Positions 34,075-36,709 of a DNA stretch of 36,709 nucleotides are shown here, in pieces. The first letter of the stretch is position 1. Every line of letters starts with the position of its first letter. Location of the stretch: NCBI RefSeq assembly GCF_001194135.2, contig NC_068998.1:31924840-31961548 (forward strand), read 5' to 3'. The notes under the pieces are model-generated. The model had not been told where the DNA came from and made no database searches. It saw nothing but the letters and a program-made list of their open reading frames with translations. The DNA comes from Octopus bimaculoides. Lineage: Eukaryota. The translations under genes and the position numbers were made by a program.

Positions 34075-34285
34075 TTTTTCTCTTTTACTTGTTTCAGTCA
34101 TCTTTTATAATAGGCCACTGGGTTGTGTATTCTACTATATATCGACCCCAGGACTTATTCTTTGTAAGCCTAGTACTTATTCTATCGGTCTCTTTTTGCC
34201 GAACCGCTAAGTTACGGGGACATAAACACACCAGCATTGGTTGTCAAGCGATGGTGGGGGGACAAACACACACACACACACACAG
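34075..34285 (-). mobile_element. CORE-like SINE 3' half carrying a 44-bp foreign replacement
   Basis: Matches the reverse complement of 11830-12035 except 34099-34142, which matches 32497-32540. Confidence 0.88.
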
Positions 34286-34800
34286 AATTGTGTTTATTTA
34301 TTCTCATTTCAAAGTCAATTGTAGTCATTCTTATTGTTATTGCCATTGCTTTGGGATTGTAGGTAACAATCTGTTTATCACATGTAGAAATTTTAGTGGT
34401 AAAGTAGTGGTGAAAATTTTAAAGAAAAGGACCAATGAGTTAAAAAATTTGAGAAGCATTTCTCCAGCTAATCTCACTAAGAGATACATGCTAAGCTGAA
34501 TAAATAGAAGTTAGTAAATATCTCTGCCAGTTCCTGCAACAAGTATGTTTCATTCTTTATAAACACCCTGTAATTTATTTGACACTGGCAAGAAATACTG
34601 CAAAAATAATTTGAAGTAATTGTTCTTTTTTTTTTTTTACAATACACTGTAGCTGAATGACTTGAAATTCATCATTGACAGATGGACACAAACTGCTATA
34701 TTGTGCTCACCTTCGAGCAAGAAAACACTGACCAAACACAACTTGCTATATTGTCTTCGTTGTGACAAACTATGTTCCTGTTGATTTTGAAAACTAGTGG

Positions 34801-35021
34801 AATTCTTTTCTTTTCTACTCTAGGCACAAGGTACGAAATTTTTGGGGAGGGGGACAGTCGATTAGATCGACCCCCAGTACTCAACTGGTACTTAATTTAT
34901 CGACCCTGAAAGGATGAAAGGCAAAGTCGATCTTGAGAGAATTTGAACTCAGAATGTAAAGACAGACGAAATCCCGCTAAGCATTTCGCTTGGTGTGCTA
35001 ACGTTTCTGCCAGCTCACTGA
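34801..35021 (-). mobile_element. tRNA-derived Meta-like SINE, near full length
   Basis: Minus strand gagctggcagaaacgttagcac..., B-box-like gagttcaaattc, gactttgcctttcatcctttcagggtcgataaattaagtaccagtt; homologous to 314-545. Confidence 0.85.
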
Positions 35022-35499
35022 CTTTTTGCCCAGCAACATTATCGTGCTTGACATATAAATACACACACACAGTTAACAAATTTACTTGCAAACTAGCACT
35101 GCAACAAATTTTAATATATACGCATACACTTGCTCTTCAATCTTTGCTGACTATTGCTAATATAAGAACCTTTCTCAATTTTTGAATAATTCATGAACTG
35201 AACAATTTGACAGTCATCCTCTGTTCATTTAATTTTATTTGGTTTCATGATTTTTTTTTACTACTTTACTGTTGAACTGTACACAACATGAAGACATTTT
35301 AGCATTACTTTATTTTTCTCTATAATACATCATACTTCTACCTTGATTGATCTGTTGAGCTAAGAATGGACACAAACTTGCAAGTTGAAGATAGTATGTT
35401 CTTTTCCTTCACATCTTCATATTTTCTTTAACAGATCGACTCTGTGCAATAAGTTAAACATGGTAGTACATTGTTTTTACACTCCAGTCATCTACTGAC

Positions 35500-35800
35500 C
35501 TTTAGTTTTGCTCATTTGTCTGATGACAAACATATTTTAAGAGGATTCTTGTAGATCATTTCTCTTTATATTGAACCACTAACACCACTGTTCAGATAAA
35601 GGCATTGTGTTTAGATAACAATATTATATTTGATACTATAATAACTCCAAGTGCTAAACTGCTGATGCAGATGGGTGGATATGCTCTTTCAACATTTATT
35701 TCAGCCAACAATATCTCATGGCATCTGTGATGAATAAAAAGCAGGCACAATTTTGTTGAAATTGTCATTTTACCTTGATTCAAACCTTTCATTAGAAATC
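35500..35800 (-). pseudogene. Possible old RTE endonuclease remnant
   Basis: EILLAEIN...ICISS and LSKHNAFI resemble RI..AEFN...TIIS.YSP and PKHN.LII; weak. Confidence 0.3.
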
Positions 35801-36662
35801 AGCATAGATTCTACCTTTAAGCTTTTCTCACACAATTCTTATTACACTCACCTTTGTCTCATAACACTTTATGGGAGACAGCAACATATATATTTAACAG
35901 ACATACAATTAGCATCTCTCTCTCTCTCTCTCTTGTACATTTATACAAAACTAGACAACAGAAGTAACACTTGTACATATATCTTTATCTTCAAGTCATT
36001 CAGAAGGAAATTTTCCATAAGTGAATTTTACAGCTTTCTAATAGAATGAGAAAATGAGAATAAATATTTATATTAATTTGAGAATGTATTGTTATGCTAA
36101 GTTATTCTCTCTTCAGCAACTTTGCAGCATTTTTTTCACTACACACATGCATGTGCACATGCCTGTGCAATCATTTAACATTTTTATCATATTAGCATAG
36201 GAAGAGTGGATCATCACAGACTGTGTCAGTTCTTACTCAAGGCGCTGTGCCTTGCTTGCTCATTTTATTTTGACCTGATTCTGAGTGTTGGTTGCTCTTG
36301 CTAACATCAGTCACTTTACAGAGAACAATAAATACATTTACAATAAATACCAATACTAGAGATCTTGCTTTGGCTCTTGCAAGACAAAGGAGTTGTCTCT
36401 TCATTGTTTCTATTTGTTTGAGATATATGTGACCAAGAGAGTGGTCAGAAGGGAGAATGTAAATGTGATGGAGAAAACCAGCTGACAGAAGCAAAATGGT
36501 GGTTGGGGAGAGAGTAGTGGAAGAGGGAATGTGATAAGTAATTATATGTTTTCGTAGATGTAGTTAGTTATGAAAGAAGGAGTAATTGAAGTGTGTGTGT
36601 GGGGGGGGGGAAGATAATGTATGACAATGGAAAGACTGTTAGATAAGAAAGTAATGTGTGCA

Positions 36663-36663
36663 T

Positions 36664-36699
<36 letters not shown>

Positions 36700-36709
36700 G
36701 AGAGAGAGA
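36663..36709. repeat. (GA)n microsatellite
   Basis: Directly visible. Confidence 0.97.

Overview
AT-rich, microsatellite-dense eukaryotic DNA with four N gaps. The repeat content (tRNA-derived CORE-like and Meta-like SINEs, RTE LINEs, mariners, Penelope-like ends) points to an octopus/coleoid cephalopod genome; this is an inference, not a database match. I cannot support any intact host protein-coding gene, so the window looks intronic or intergenic. Most listed ORFs are microsatellite or N-gap artefacts, or transposon remnants: R4/Dong endonuclease, RTE endonuclease/RT, Ty3/Gypsy pol, mariner D,D34D and Tc1 transposases. The most interesting structure is at 12712-13791. It is a short element with a tRNA-like Pol III head, an (AAT)n tract and a minimal type I hammerhead-ribozyme motif, preceded by an inverted copy of its own 3' end, which suggests a Pol III retrozyme or Penelope-dependent SINE. 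A 5'-truncated R4/Dong LINE has split it at the (AAT)n tract, leaving a 20-bp target duplication. Also seen: a ~240-bp inverted duplication, tandem Helitron-like termini and several template-switch scars. All alignments and translations were done by eye.
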